The notes under the pieces: generated by a model
The model's database searches: none
The model's input: only the letters and a program-made list of their open reading frames with translations
Told to the model about the DNA's origin: nothing
Translations under genes and position numbers: made by a program
In this document: positions 37,234 through 47,471 of the stretch, in pieces
Position numbering within the stretch: the first letter of the stretch is position 1
How the letters are laid out: each line of letters begins with the position of its first letter
Virus record (IMG/VR): IMGVR_UViG_3300045977_000216
Location: 5,638-69,637 of that record
Source of the DNA: a virus
Length of the DNA stretch: 64,000 nucleotides
Reading direction: 5' to 3' (one strand)

Positions 37234-38625
37234 CTATCCGAGCATCACGGCCCCGAGGGCCTCGTCGAGCAGTGCGATGCCGAAGAGCATGTCGAGCACC
37301 ACGAGGTGTCCCTGGTCCTTGCCCTGGTAGGTGATCGTGGCACGCATGGACAGGTCGTTGAAGTTCACGACTCCGCTGATCGCACCGCTGCCCTCCTTCG
37401 GCCTCGCGAGCGGGCGAACGACGAGGGCCAGGGCATTCCGGTGAAACGCGAAGTTGTAATCGCCCGGAGGTCCGATGCCGACGATGTCGTTGTCGGCGAT
37501 GGCGAGGTCCAGCGGTCTGTCGAGGATGACGCTCGTGGTCGTTCCGGACATGACCGAATAGACCGGTGCCGCCGTACCGAAGGACAGCAGCTGGCCAACC
37601 TTCGGAGCCACCGTGAAGCCGTCCACGGTGATCACCTTGTAGTGACCGGCGGGGTAGCCGGCACCGTTGTTCACGGCCCCAGGCGTATAGGCATTGATGA
37701 CGGCGTTGTCCGCAACGGGGCGGAAGAGGCCCGGACTGATGGTGATCGACGTCGTGTTGCCGAGGGTCTCGGCGTGGGCCGTGATCCTCTGCGGGGCGTC
37801 GTCACCGTCGATCTCGAGCCAACCGCCCGTCACGACCGCTCCGGTGAACGAGTCCGTCGTGAGTACGGTCGCACCGACCCCGTAGCCGCCAGTGTTGTTG
37901 ATTGCTCCCGAGAGCTTCGTGTTGCCCTCAGCGACGCTGCTCATGTTCTGGCACATGAACATGTCGAAGCCCATTTTTCGCCCGAGACTCGCCTCCCTGA
38001 GGGCCGTACCGTCGTCGCCGACCTCCCCCGCCGAGATGAACAGATTGAGCTTCAGGAGCTCCGTCTCACTGTTCGGAGTTAAGATGAGCCGCCGTCCGGC
38101 GGGGTACACCTTCTTGATGTTCATCACCTCGCGGGTGTCCAGGAGGTAGTTCTTGGCCGTAGCGTCCGTGAGGCCGAGGAGCTGACCGCCGTTGTTGTTG
38201 CGGAACCGATAGACTTGGCCGAGGACGACCTTGTCGAGGAACTGTGCTTGTGCGAGCATCGCCGGCTTCATGTAGACCTCAACGAGGTCCTTGAAGGCCA
38301 TCGACTCCTCGCCGTCTGGGATCATGAAAGCCGTGTGGAGCCACTGGTTGAGCGGCACCAGCACGTCCGTGGCCGTAGCGTCGAGGACCGTAACCGGGTC
38401 CGCGTTTCCCTTTCGGGAGGCGACGAATTCGCCAGGCTTTCGAGTGTGGACGATGTCGCCGAACTTGGCGATGATGTTCTCGAAATCACGGTGGATCAGT
38501 GCGGACGCCACCATGTTCTCTTCGAGAATCGCCAAAGACTCGTTCGCCCAATGCTCGGGGATGAACGCGTCAACGCTGTTGGCCTTGAACAGATTGCAAG
38601 CCTTCTGCGTCCTGAGCAGACTCAT
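37234..38625 (-). CDS. major capsid protein (P22 gp5-like)
   Basis: IPE.WA.E.L..L, GD.VH..KP, LREASLGR..GFD.F..QN, NFAFHRNA.ALV.RPL and D.LFG. Confidence 0.9.
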   Translation of the reverse strand: MSLLRTQKACNLFKANSVDAFIPEHWANESLAILEENMVASALIHRDFENIIAKFGDIVHTRKPGEFVASRKGNADPVTVLDATATDVLVPLNQWLHTAFMIPDGEESMAFKDLVEVYMKPAMLAQAQFLDKVVLGQVYRFRNNNGGQLLGLTDATAKNYLLDTREVMNIKKVYPAGRRLILTPNSETELLKLNLFISAGEVGDDGTALREASLGRKMGFDMFMCQNMSSVAEGNTKLSGAINNTGGYGVGATVLTTDSFTGAVVTGGWLEIDGDDAPQRITAHAETLGNTTSITISPGLFRPVADNAVINAYTPGAVNNGAGYPAGHYKVITVDGFTVAPKVGQLLSFGTAAPVYSVMSGTTTSVILDRPLDLAIADNDIVGIGPPGDYNFAFHRNALALVVRPLARPKEGSGAISGVVNFNDLSMRATITYQGKDQGHLVVLDMLFGIALLDEALGAVMLG

Positions 38626-39386
38626 GTTGTCTTTCTCCCTAGTTTCTTGCTCCGCCACTCCCTGAACTTGGCAGGGTCGGTGGGCGGCGTGTTTGGATCA
38701 GTGCTTCCTCCAGCCGAGCCGGAGCCGGACGACAGGCCCAAGCCTCCGGATGAGGTGCCCTCAAAGAGGTGAAGGTACTCGGAGTTCTCCTTCATCTTCT
38801 TGACGGCGTCCAAAACCGTGAGCTCGAGCTGAATCGTCTTACCATCCTTGACCTCAGCGTACTTGACCTTGGGAACGAGGTCCCCCGTTGGCTTCCCGTC
38901 GTCTCCGATGACCTGAACAAGGTGAGTCAGGGGCTGCAGGAGGGCGATGATCGGCTTCACGCTCCTGGCCTTCTCTCCAACGGAGGCGTCCGTGATCGCA
39001 CGACGGATTTCCGCAGTCGTATACCGGTTCTTCCAGTCGTCGCGGTCCCTCACGGCCTCCTCGTTGTCCTTCTTCGCCTTCTTCATGTCCTTGTCGTACT
39101 GAGACTTGAGTTGTTCCTCCTTCGTCAAGTTCTCAGTCCGGAGCTGGTCCACCTGGGCAGCGAGGTCGTCCTTCTCCTGCTGCGTCAGGCCAGACTTCTT
39201 CTGAAGGTCCTCGAGCTGAGTCGCGAGTTGGTCGCTCCTCTGCTTCATCTTCCGCCTCTCGTCCCCAAGAATCTTGTCCAGGTCGGCCTGGGAAAAAGTC
39301 TTGGGAGCTGGGGGCGGTGCCGGCGGCGGGTTGCCGACGGTGTCATCGCCATCGCGAACGACCTTCCACCAACGAAAGCTAACCAT
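38622..39386 (-). CDS. capsid scaffolding protein
   Basis: KTFSQADLDKI followed by a coiled coil, YLHLF and a Gly/Ser tail. Directly upstream of the capsid gene. Confidence 0.8.
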   Translation of the reverse strand: MVSFRWWKVVRDGDDTVGNPPPAPPPAPKTFSQADLDKILGDERRKMKQRSDQLATQLEDLQKKSGLTQQEKDDLAAQVDQLRTENLTKEEQLKSQYDKDMKKAKKDNEEAVRDRDDWKNRYTTAEIRRAITDASVGEKARSVKPIIALLQPLTHLVQVIGDDGKPTGDLVPKVKYAEVKDGKTIQLELTVLDAVKKMKENSEYLHLFEGTSSGGLGLSSGSGSAGGSTDPNTPPTDPAKFREWRSKKLGRKTT

Positions 39387-39468
39387 AGCATCCCCAACTT
39401 GCCGTCTGACGCCGTGCGGCTCGGCGACTGTTCGCCGCAACTGATCCTCCCGAGGCAAGGAAGAAAGA

Positions 39469-39918
39469 TCAGTTCGTCCTGCTCAGAACAACGCCGTTCG
39501 GATCGGCGAGGTACGGCTTCAGGTACTCCCAGGCAACGAAGCTCGGGATACCGGCAGCCAAGTGCTCCGAAACCACGGTCGGGTCGTAGGACGTACTGAC
39601 TGGACCGTAGCGTCTAGCGGTAACCTTCTGCTGCTCGTGCATCTTCTCGACGCTCGCTCCGGCGAGCAGCACTATGGTGATTTCAGAAGCTGCGTTCTTG
39701 ACGTCCTGGGGCACGACTAAGTCCTCGCCCCTGGGAAACTGGAGCTCCTGCCCCTCGTCGGCCTTCTGACCGGCGAAGTTGAGCCTGTCTATGGCCCTGG
39801 TGGCCATGATCCTGGCCTTCAGTCTCTCGCTGGGGACGGCGTCGAACCAGGCCTCGGAGCCAAGTCGCTCGGAGGCGTATGCGTCTACCTCAGCGTCGGA
39901 CACGTAGGTACTAGCCAT
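39469..39918 (-). CDS. head-tail connector (DnaT-like phage domain)
   Basis: YVS.AE.DAY...R, ATRAID...F.G.K....Q.L.FPR and VP.DVK.A. Confidence 0.75.
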   Translation of the reverse strand: MASTYVSDAEVDAYASERLGSEAWFDAVPSERLKARIMATRAIDRLNFAGQKADEGQELQFPRGEDLVVPQDVKNAASEITIVLLAGASVEKMHEQQKVTARRYGPVSTSYDPTVVSEHLAAGIPSFVAWEYLKPYLADPNGVVLSRTN

Positions 39919-41152
39919 ACAACTTCGTCCCCTCGAGCTCCAGCGTGATGACCACGGCCTCCTTGCAGGGCTTCCACGACCTGTCGTATACCAGTTCAAA
40001 CGGGTCGTTCATCAGCCTTACCTGCCAAATCTCGCCCTTGAAGTTCTCCATCCTCATCAGGTCGGCAGGGTGCTTGTCGATAAAGGCCTTGAGCTCCAGA
40101 GCCTTGTCGGTCCGCATCTGGAACGTGTACGTCAACCTCTTGGTCTCAGACGTCCTGACGTAGGTCCTGACCACCCCGCTGATCGACCTCTTCACGTCAA
40201 CCAAGTTGGTGGACGACTCCTTGTCTCCGAGCAGAGGCCTCGGAAGGACTATCGCGTCCTCAGGAGCCTGCAGGATCACCAGACGCTTGACCTTCGTACC
40301 GACCACAACCTGACTCAACCCCAACTGACTGACCACGAGCTTGTTGAGAGTCTGATCTATGCTCACGACGCTCGCGAGAGCCAGCGAACTAACGAGGTTC
40401 GGCTGCACGACCTTGCTCTTGGCGACCGAGCTTACCAGCACCAGGCTGCTCGACGGCCTCACTATCTTACTGATGTCTACCACGTGGTTCAGATTCATGC
40501 CGCTCGACGCACTGAAGAGTCTGACCCTCTTATGGACGACCGAATGCTGCGGGAACCAGTCGCTCCTCGGTCCAGGATTCATCTTCTGCGTCAAGCTCGT
40601 CCAGAACGTAGTCACCAACCTGTTGAAGATCGTACCGTGGTGACTGGCCGCACTCGCCAAGACCAGCGTGCTGAACGCCTCTCGCCTCACCCTGATCACT
40701 GAGACGTCCTGAACGAGCTCAAGTAAGCTCGGTGCGTGCCTTGACCCAACGCCCGTCACCGCGTGATCCAGCACCAGCGTGCTGGAAGCAGCCCTAACCT
40801 TAACAACGCCAACGGCATGGTCCAAGACGAGCGTACTCGATGCTGATCTCGTGAGCACCCTGGTCAGGACCTGGACCAGAGCGAGGCTGCTCGTCACGCT
40901 CTTGTTGTATGTGCTCCCTGCCAAACTGACGGTTTGAGAAAGAACTAACTTGCTCAGCAGCGGATTCGACAGACTCTGAGTCAGCACCAGCATGGAGCTG
41001 ACCTGCTTGGCTGGCACCTTTACGCACTGTGCCGCCTGGAGGAGGACCAGGGTAGAGCTCGCCGACCTAGAAAGGGAAGGTCCAAACTGAAAGACCTTCT
41101 GCTTCTTCTTCCTGTAGTCGTGCGGTCTCCTGAAGACCCAGCGGTTAGCCAT
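39911..41152 (-). CDS. repeat-rich virion protein with a distal-tail-like C-terminal domain
   Basis: Many [AV]SS.L.L.[QH].V repeats. C-terminus resembles 26797-27681. Confidence 0.55.
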   Translation of the reverse strand: MANRWVFRRPHDYRKKKQKVFQFGPSLSRSASSTLVLLQAAQCVKVPAKQVSSMLVLTQSLSNPLLSKLVLSQTVSLAGSTYNKSVTSSLALVQVLTRVLTRSASSTLVLDHAVGVVKVRAASSTLVLDHAVTGVGSRHAPSLLELVQDVSVIRVRREAFSTLVLASAASHHGTIFNRLVTTFWTSLTQKMNPGPRSDWFPQHSVVHKRVRLFSASSGMNLNHVVDISKIVRPSSSLVLVSSVAKSKVVQPNLVSSLALASVVSIDQTLNKLVVSQLGLSQVVVGTKVKRLVILQAPEDAIVLPRPLLGDKESSTNLVDVKRSISGVVRTYVRTSETKRLTYTFQMRTDKALELKAFIDKHPADLMRMENFKGEIWQVRLMNDPFELVYDRSWKPCKEAVVITLELEGTKLYG

Positions 41153-41633
41153 GCGTTATTTCCAGCTTCATGATCGCACGAAGCGTCATCGCGTCAGCCG
41201 GAGCCTCTTCCAGGGACAACAGAACAGCCTCGCTCGGTCCGAACGGATACCTGAGCTCCGGAGTGTAGGTCTTCTCCCACTCTCCGGCAAGTACTGCAAA
41301 GGCACCCGCGTCAACCTCCTCCAGGGTCCCAGAACCAGCCACTGCCTGCGTCGTATTGTTCCTCTCGTTGGTCGCAAGACCGTGCGACGCGTCGCCAGAC
41401 TGGCCCTTGCGAACGTCAGCGGTACCCCCACCGGAGCCGGACGTGAAGGAGCCCGTAGCCCTCTTTAGGGCGATCTTGAGCTGCTCCGCCTCGGAAGAAG
41501 CTTCCTCGGACGACTGCATGATGTAGACACCGTGAAGGAACCCCGCCTGTGCCGATCCGAGCTTGACCTCCAGCAGGTCCTGCACCACGGAAACAGACTG
41601 CCAGCCAGTGTCGATGATGACTATTCTACCCAT
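41145..41633 (-). CDS. hypothetical virion protein
   Basis: GGAGG RBS, in the structural module. Confidence 0.55.
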   Translation of the reverse strand: MGRIVIIDTGWQSVSVVQDLLEVKLGSAQAGFLHGVYIMQSSEEASSEAEQLKIALKRATGSFTSGSGGGTADVRKGQSGDASHGLATNERNNTTQAVAGSGTLEEVDAGAFAVLAGEWEKTYTPELRYPFGPSEAVLLSLEEAPADAMTLRAIMKLEITHG

Positions 41634-41643
41634 CGCCGACCTC

Positions 41644-42708
41644 CTACATCTTGCACAGGACTCCACCACGCCTCGGTATCACTATGTTGCCCACTCCGTC
41701 ATCAAAGGCATCCAGAATGACGCCCATGTATGGCCTCTGCGTCGTCGTCTCGCTCCAGGAACCAGCATCCGTCCTCGTCGTCAGGTGAAAATTTGGCCCG
41801 CTCTTGAGAGCGTCCATCAGGGCCAAGCTGTTGACCGTCACGCCACCGAGCTCCATGGTCGTGGCACTCTCCGGAACCACAGATAGCCTGTAGTAGTTGT
41901 CCCTCTGCAGCTCCACGATGCTCGTGAACGTGAAGGCGAAGAACGCCTCCGCATTACTCCCGAGAGCATCCTTGTCGATCAGGATGTTGATCAGCGTAGA
42001 TGACCCATCTGTGTCGTACAGCTTGATCCTGAAATCATTATCTGGGTCAATATATGCCCAACAACCCCTGACCCTCACCGGAAACGGAAACTTGAACCTC
42101 AGCCCCCTCTCATCTGGGGACGACGTACTCCCGAATGAGGTGTGCGTCAGAGCCACGTATGGGAATACACCCTCGATCGGGAAGTAGGACCCGTCGTCAT
42201 ACTCAAGGGCTAGGATCGGAGCCTGGCTCGCCTGCTTCGTCCAAGCACTTGAGGTGAACCTCAAGTTGTACACGCCTCTGGCGTCTGCCCAATCTGCAGA
42301 CGCCGCCAAGTTCCAGTTCCCGCTGCCGGCGTTGTTGATCGAGAGGGCGATCAAATCACCCATGCTCACCGCCGCGTCCGCCGTCAGAGTGGTCGTCAAC
42401 CACACGTTGTCGTCGCTGCTGTTGATGACCTGCGAACCATTTGTGTTAGTTCCCCACAAGGTGCCGGACGGAGTACCGGTAGCCAAGTCCACCGTCTCGA
42501 GCCTGACGTCGACCGTGGCACCGGTCGTCACCGTCCTCGTGGCGAAGCCGATCTTCCTCACGTTCCCAGCTTTTGGAATCCGGAACACGGAGCCAGCCCT
42601 GTCGCTGGAAGTATTCAGAAGGATGGAGCTGAACGACGGTCCGACAGTAAAGTAACTGTCGGGCGGCTCTGGAAACAAAATGCCTCCTGGCAACTGTGCC
42701 CAACTCAC
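41644..42708 (-). CDS. hypothetical virion protein (two beta-sandwich-like halves)
   Basis: Thr/Ser/Gly-rich, with an internal repeat (G..F..P...VR...; .V.L/I.L; W...T). Confidence 0.55.
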   Translation of the reverse strand: MSWAQLPGGILFPEPPDSYFTVGPSFSSILLNTSSDRAGSVFRIPKAGNVRKIGFATRTVTTGATVDVRLETVDLATGTPSGTLWGTNTNGSQVINSSDDNVWLTTTLTADAAVSMGDLIALSINNAGSGNWNLAASADWADARGVYNLRFTSSAWTKQASQAPILALEYDDGSYFPIEGVFPYVALTHTSFGSTSSPDERGLRFKFPFPVRVRGCWAYIDPDNDFRIKLYDTDGSSTLINILIDKDALGSNAEAFFAFTFTSIVELQRDNYYRLSVVPESATTMELGGVTVNSLALMDALKSGPNFHLTTRTDAGSWSETTTQRPYMGVILDAFDDGVGNIVIPRRGGVLCKM

Positions 42709-44423
42709 TTACCTTCTCCCCTCGTCTTGTCAGAGACCTTGCCGTCCTCAGTCGTGTCCCTCGACTTTTCCTTCTCGGCCTTGCCGCCCGCCGCTGGATT
42801 CGAAGAAGCGTCAGGTACTCCCCTCGCTGCCCCAGCCGCCTCGGCCTGGGCCAAGGCGATCCGTGTGATCCGGTCCTCATGGTCCTTCTTCGCCTTCTCG
42901 ACCTCGCCCTCCGGGTACCCGCGGAGCTTGCTCGCGAGACCAAGGCTAAGTATGCCGACCTCAATGTCACTCTTGATCGTGTCGGGGTCCGAGGTCATAT
43001 TCGGTGCACCATCGATCTCGCTCTCAATCTTGTCCATGTCCTCGGTCGAAATCTTTGGTCCGACCGTTATCTTGGCAATGTTCTTAGCAACCGCCTTCTG
43101 GTACGTGGCAGACGGAATCTTGAGCATCAGGTCCTGGAGCTTCTCTCCCCTAGATATTCGGACCTCGGTCGACTCTAGCGAGTAATTCTCTGGGTAGTTG
43201 ACCGTGGCCGGCTTGTTGCCCTCGTACATGGCCCAGAACTTGGCGATCTTCCTCTCACCGTTCTCGAGCTCAAGGCCAATGTAGCTGAGGCCGCTCTCGA
43301 GCGAGTGCTCGTCAAACTCCTTACTCTCGGCAGAAGCCGGAGTCGTCGGCTCCAAATTCGTGACTGCCAGGTTGATGAGCTGCCGGATCTCACGCTTCAT
43401 TTGCTCCTGCTTGTCCATAGAGGCTCGGAGCGGCTCAGGTGACGGATTCACGAAATCAGGACGTTCCAGACCCACCGGATATCGCCTACCTTCTGCAACG
43501 CCTACCCTAACTTCCTTAACCGACCCCTTGCCATTCGCCTCACCTGGATTGTCGAGGCCGACTGGCATGAGGTGTGGTGACTCGCTCCTCGGATCATACT
43601 GCTCCGTGTAGAAGGCGAAGTTGGCCTTGACGGAGAAGTTAATGTCGGAAGAGTTCATGTTAAGGAGGGCGACCTGGTAGTCCCCAGCATCCTCCAACAG
43701 ACTCCCGCTGATCTCCCAGAGCACGAACGGGATCATGGGAACATCTAGCTCTATGGTCTCGGACGCAAGCTCGCCCTTCTCGTCGTAAAACTCAACGTAC
43801 ACCTTTCCGTTTTCCTTCCAGAGGTACCTGTACCGAGTCTTGCACTCGGTCGGCAGCCCGAATACGGGATCGTACTCGTAGTAGTGGTCCCTGAGTAAAA
43901 GCGTACTGAACTCGTCCGAATTTGGACCGTCGTCGTAGCTCCACGACCTTATGTCCTCGGCGTGGTACTCGCAGATGTACGGTCTCTTGCCGACCTGGTC
44001 CGCGAGCGTGTCGCCATAGAGCGGGGGCATGTCTACGTAGGCACCGACCCTTGAGATCGTCAGGAGCTCTGGAAGAATCTTCCTTCCAACAAACGAGTTC
44101 ATGGAGGACCCGAGTAAGTCGACCCCGAGGTCCACGCCCTTCATGGCCTCCATGTAGCTATTGGACCCACCCTCCCTGGAGATGTCGACCAACCTCTGGA
44201 AGATTGCGTTCTTGATGTCGTTCACGGCAGCCTTAGCAAACGACGGGCAGCAGGTAAGCTTCTTCCTGCTCTTAAAATCTTCCACGTCCTCACGCTTGCT
44301 GTACTGCTCCAGATACTGGTCGACGAAAGCACGCCCGCCTCTGTAAACGAGACGCCACTTCTCCCAATCGGCCGCACAATCCGTGTAGTACGGGTGCGTA
44401 TGAGTACAGACCTCGAAGCTCAT
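42705..44423 (-). CDS. portal protein
   Basis: Follows the terminase. HP.Y......W, Y.GG, Y/F..R, VD..G, IPFV and SAESK..D. Confidence 0.85.
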   Translation of the reverse strand: MSFEVCTHTHPYYTDCAADWEKWRLVYRGGRAFVDQYLEQYSKREDVEDFKSRKKLTCCPSFAKAAVNDIKNAIFQRLVDISREGGSNSYMEAMKGVDLGVDLLGSSMNSFVGRKILPELLTISRVGAYVDMPPLYGDTLADQVGKRPYICEYHAEDIRSWSYDDGPNSDEFSTLLLRDHYYEYDPVFGLPTECKTRYRYLWKENGKVYVEFYDEKGELASETIELDVPMIPFVLWEISGSLLEDAGDYQVALLNMNSSDINFSVKANFAFYTEQYDPRSESPHLMPVGLDNPGEANGKGSVKEVRVGVAEGRRYPVGLERPDFVNPSPEPLRASMDKQEQMKREIRQLINLAVTNLEPTTPASAESKEFDEHSLESGLSYIGLELENGERKIAKFWAMYEGNKPATVNYPENYSLESTEVRISRGEKLQDLMLKIPSATYQKAVAKNIAKITVGPKISTEDMDKIESEIDGAPNMTSDPDTIKSDIEVGILSLGLASKLRGYPEGEVEKAKKDHEDRITRIALAQAEAAGAARGVPDASSNPAAGGKAEKEKSRDTTEDGKVSDKTRGEGK

Positions 44424-46099
44424 GTCACGCCCCTGATGTCCTGACTTCTGTTGAAGGAGGCTGCGAACGGCAACGCGATCTCGGAATAATTGCGAGCGTG
44501 GGCATAGTGGTCCGGACGCTGCTCGCCCTTCTCGTATCTACCCACGGGATTCCCGTCAACATCCTTCGAGTACACTCTGACCAGTGCCTTCAGGTGCTCC
44601 CTGTACTCGGTGGGGACGTCCACTGGAAGGATCAGCATGCCCTTGTTTCTGAATCTCCCCAGCGACAGGTCCAGCCAGCTCGTGCGATCAACCGTGACGA
44701 GGTGCTCATCCACGATCTGCCCGTGGTCGTCACGACCAACCACGATCTGCTTCCCGTTGATCCCCCTGCCATACACGCAGAGCTTGACGTTTCCCCAAAA
44801 CCTGCTCGCGAACTCGTACGACTTCCGGTGCTCCGGCTGACTGTCGATGACGCAGACCAGGACCCTGTACTGCCTCATGAGCGGGTCAAGGTCCTCGAAG
44901 TCCTTGACCTTGAGCATGTTGATGACCTTGCACCTCGCCTGCACGTTGAGGTCCACAGAGCCAGCGTAGGACGGAGGCAAAAACCACTGGTCGATCTCCA
45001 CGTGGAGCATCTTTCCGACGTCCACCCCCATCGTTATGATGCCGGTCGGTGCTGGGTCCCCCTTGCAGTAGGTCGAGTTCTCCCTGCACCTGTCGATGTC
45101 TGCGTCCGTTATCCTGGAGCCTTCTACGGCGTGCGGGAGGCCCATCTTACCGTTCCAGAACTCCTGCTCCGCGGCAGGGTCCCTCAGTGACTCCAGGTAC
45201 TTCGTGGCAACATCTACTGGCGACACCGTACAAGAGTAAAGCTGGTTGATATAGAAGCCCCTGTCGTCCTTGTCGGTGTAGCTCGGAACCCACACCCCCG
45301 TCGCCAGCCACTCACTCTTGCTCTCGTGATCAAGCCTCTTCTTGCACTCCTTGCAGATCAGGTGGCTGTCCTTTAGCCTCTGGTCCTCCAGGCTCTCAGC
45401 GGCGATCACGAGGCAGTCTGGGAAGATCAGCTCAGTCCGCCTGCTGCAATGCGGGCAGATAAAGAAGAAGTGTTCCTGCGTCGTGAGGACGAAGTATTTG
45501 TTGATGCCGACTTCCTCGATGGTCGGCGTCGAAAGCAACACCTTCTTCTTCTCTATCTGCCCGCTCAACCGCTCCATCGCGAGCGGAATGTTTTCTTGAT
45601 CAAACTCATCTACCTCATCCAAGATCACCAAACCAACGGGGATCGACTTCAGTCCAGACCGACTCTTTGAGCCGCGTACATACAAGTTGGTGGACCCTGC
45701 CCTCTTGTGCCCGACGTTCTTCACGTCTGAAAACATGTCCTCTAGGTGCGGACTCAGGTCCAACGCACCATCGAAGCGAGAGGCCGAGAAGTCGGAGGCG
45801 TCCGGGGTCTTTGACGGCAGCACGTACAAAACATCCGCGTTGCGTATGTCAATATAGTAGAACGCGAGGTTGAGTGCCGTCTCCGTGTACCCCATCTGAG
45901 CAGACTTCTGCCCGACCATCATCTCGCTTTCAAAATCATGCATGTCCCTCAACCACGGATGGTGCCTGAATGTCCAGGGGCCCGGGTAGGGGGTCCCCAT
46001 CACCCTGTAGGTCTCGGCCCAGACGGAGCAGGAGGACACCGCCCTCCTCTTCAAGCCGGACTGGATCTTCTGCTTCATCGACTCAAGCAGGGCGTGCAT
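44420..46099 (-). CDS. terminase large subunit (lambda GpA-like)
   Basis: KSAQMGYTE, LDEVDE, STPT, CPHC..CKEC, GVDVG and DHYAHA. Confidence 0.93.
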   Translation of the reverse strand: MHALLESMKQKIQSGLKRRAVSSCSVWAETYRVMGTPYPGPWTFRHHPWLRDMHDFESEMMVGQKSAQMGYTETALNLAFYYIDIRNADVLYVLPSKTPDASDFSASRFDGALDLSPHLEDMFSDVKNVGHKRAGSTNLYVRGSKSRSGLKSIPVGLVILDEVDEFDQENIPLAMERLSGQIEKKKVLLSTPTIEEVGINKYFVLTTQEHFFFICPHCSRRTELIFPDCLVIAAESLEDQRLKDSHLICKECKKRLDHESKSEWLATGVWVPSYTDKDDRGFYINQLYSCTVSPVDVATKYLESLRDPAAEQEFWNGKMGLPHAVEGSRITDADIDRCRENSTYCKGDPAPTGIITMGVDVGKMLHVEIDQWFLPPSYAGSVDLNVQARCKVINMLKVKDFEDLDPLMRQYRVLVCVIDSQPEHRKSYEFASRFWGNVKLCVYGRGINGKQIVVGRDDHGQIVDEHLVTVDRTSWLDLSLGRFRNKGMLILPVDVPTEYREHLKALVRVYSKDVDGNPVGRYEKGEQRPDHYAHARNYSEIALPFAASFNRSQDIRGVT

Positions 46100-46643
46100 C
46101 AGCCACCTCCAGCTTCCTGCCGGTCGCCTCGATCCTGAGCCCGATCTCGTCGGCAATCTTGCTGACCACCGTCGGGTCCTTGACGTAGTCCCCGATGATC
46201 GCCACCATCTCGTTGGCGAGCTGCATTGCCGCCATCTTGTCGATCATGACGCCGAGGGACGACTCGAGCCTGTGGCAGGTCGACACGAGCTTCTCGATCT
46301 TCATGACGAGGTCCGAGATCTTCGAGGCGTACATGATGAGGTCCGCCGGCGTCGCACACTTGATCACGACGCTCTCGAGCGTGAGCCTCAGGATGCCGAT
46401 CTCCTCCCTGAGGCTCTTGACCTGGGGGTTGGTCGCAAAGTCCTCAACCCTGGCCTGCCACTGTGCGATCCTGTAGTTGCGGATGTTCTCTCGCTCCTGC
46501 TTGTTCAGCGTCGGTCCGCCAGCGTGCATCTTGCAGCGATCGATGCCTTCCTCCGAGACGTAGGGACACTGTCCCCCAGCAAAGACGGCCTGGCACCGCC
46601 TGGGATCGTCGGGCTCGCACCTCTTGAGCTTATGCTCGATCAT
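46083..46643 (-). CDS. probable terminase small subunit
   Basis: Directly upstream of TerL. N-terminal RC....C.......RC.MH.G (HGGxSTG-like) followed by a helical region. Confidence 0.6.
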   Translation of the reverse strand: MIEHKLKRCEPDDPRRCQAVFAGGQCPYVSEEGIDRCKMHAGGPTLNKQERENIRNYRIAQWQARVEDFATNPQVKSLREEIGILRLTLESVVIKCATPADLIMYASKISDLVMKIEKLVSTCHRLESSLGVMIDKMAAMQLANEMVAIIGDYVKDPTVVSKIADEIGLRIEATGRKLEVADARPA

Positions 46644-46936
46644 TCTCTGACGACCTCCCAGCCGAAAACGTTCCCCGTGCTGCTCGTCAAGATGCCCGTG
46701 ATTCTGTTCTGCACGCCGTCCCCATGCTTGCTCTCGAAGACCTCGAGTGGAAACGATGTCGGTGGCCTGATGCCGGTATCAACGGCGGCATCTGCCTCAG
46801 AGCTAATCCACAGCGTTACGCCGGCAGTGAAGTTGATTACGAAACCAACTCGCTTCGGATTCTTCTCGAGGATGGTCTTGGCAGACACCGCGTCGACTGG
46901 TACGGTGAACGGTACGATCTTCGTCTTGACGGCCAT
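46640..46936 (-). CDS. small virion-like protein, paralog A
   Basis: TK.VPF.V...NP.RVG...G..GWE.VR, shared with the adjacent gene. Confidence 0.6.
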   Translation of the reverse strand: MAVKTKIVPFTVPVDAVSAKTILEKNPKRVGFVINFTAGVTLWISSEADAAVDTGIRPPTSFPLEVFESKHGDGVQNRITGILTSSTGNVFGWEVVRE

Positions 46937-46939
46937 CGG

Positions 46940-47239
46940 TCACCTCCTCACTATTTCCCAGCCGTGGACGGTCGCCGACCCACCCTGGGTTATGGCCTGG
47001 AACTCCCCCTGGATCGCCGTACCGTAGTCATCCTCGCTCATCTCTAATACTGGCTGAGATGCCGATCCCGCCAGTCGCACGCCGGCATTCACGGCAGCAG
47101 GAGCATTCTGGTTAACCCACCCTCCGACCGTGACAACAGACCACAGGATGCCGACCCTGTTCGGATTGCGGTCGAGCACCTTAACGGACGCTCCAGTGGT
47201 GACCTGGACGGCAAATGGTACGAGCTTCGTGTTGGTCAT
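46940..47239 (-). CDS. small virion-like protein, paralog B
   Basis: Start MTNTKLVPF. Tandem paralog of 46640-46936. Confidence 0.6.
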   Translation of the reverse strand: MTNTKLVPFAVQVTTGASVKVLDRNPNRVGILWSVVTVGGWVNQNAPAAVNAGVRLAGSASQPVLEMSEDDYGTAIQGEFQAITQGGSATVHGWEIVRR

Positions 47240-47471
47240 ATTACGTTCATGTCCCCTGGCACGGGAGGAGGAAACGTCCCGTTGGCCGTGAAGGTCTTGA
47301 TCCATCGACCGCCGCTCCCGACGAGCTCCAAGGTCACGCCAGCTCCGTCGCACACTGTGAGCGAGACGGACGAGGCGTCGGGTCCAACCACCTCTGTCCG
47401 ATCCGGCTTGCCGGACTCCCTCACGTGTAGCTGTCGGACCTCGGAGCTCTTCGGGAACGCCACGATGAGGT

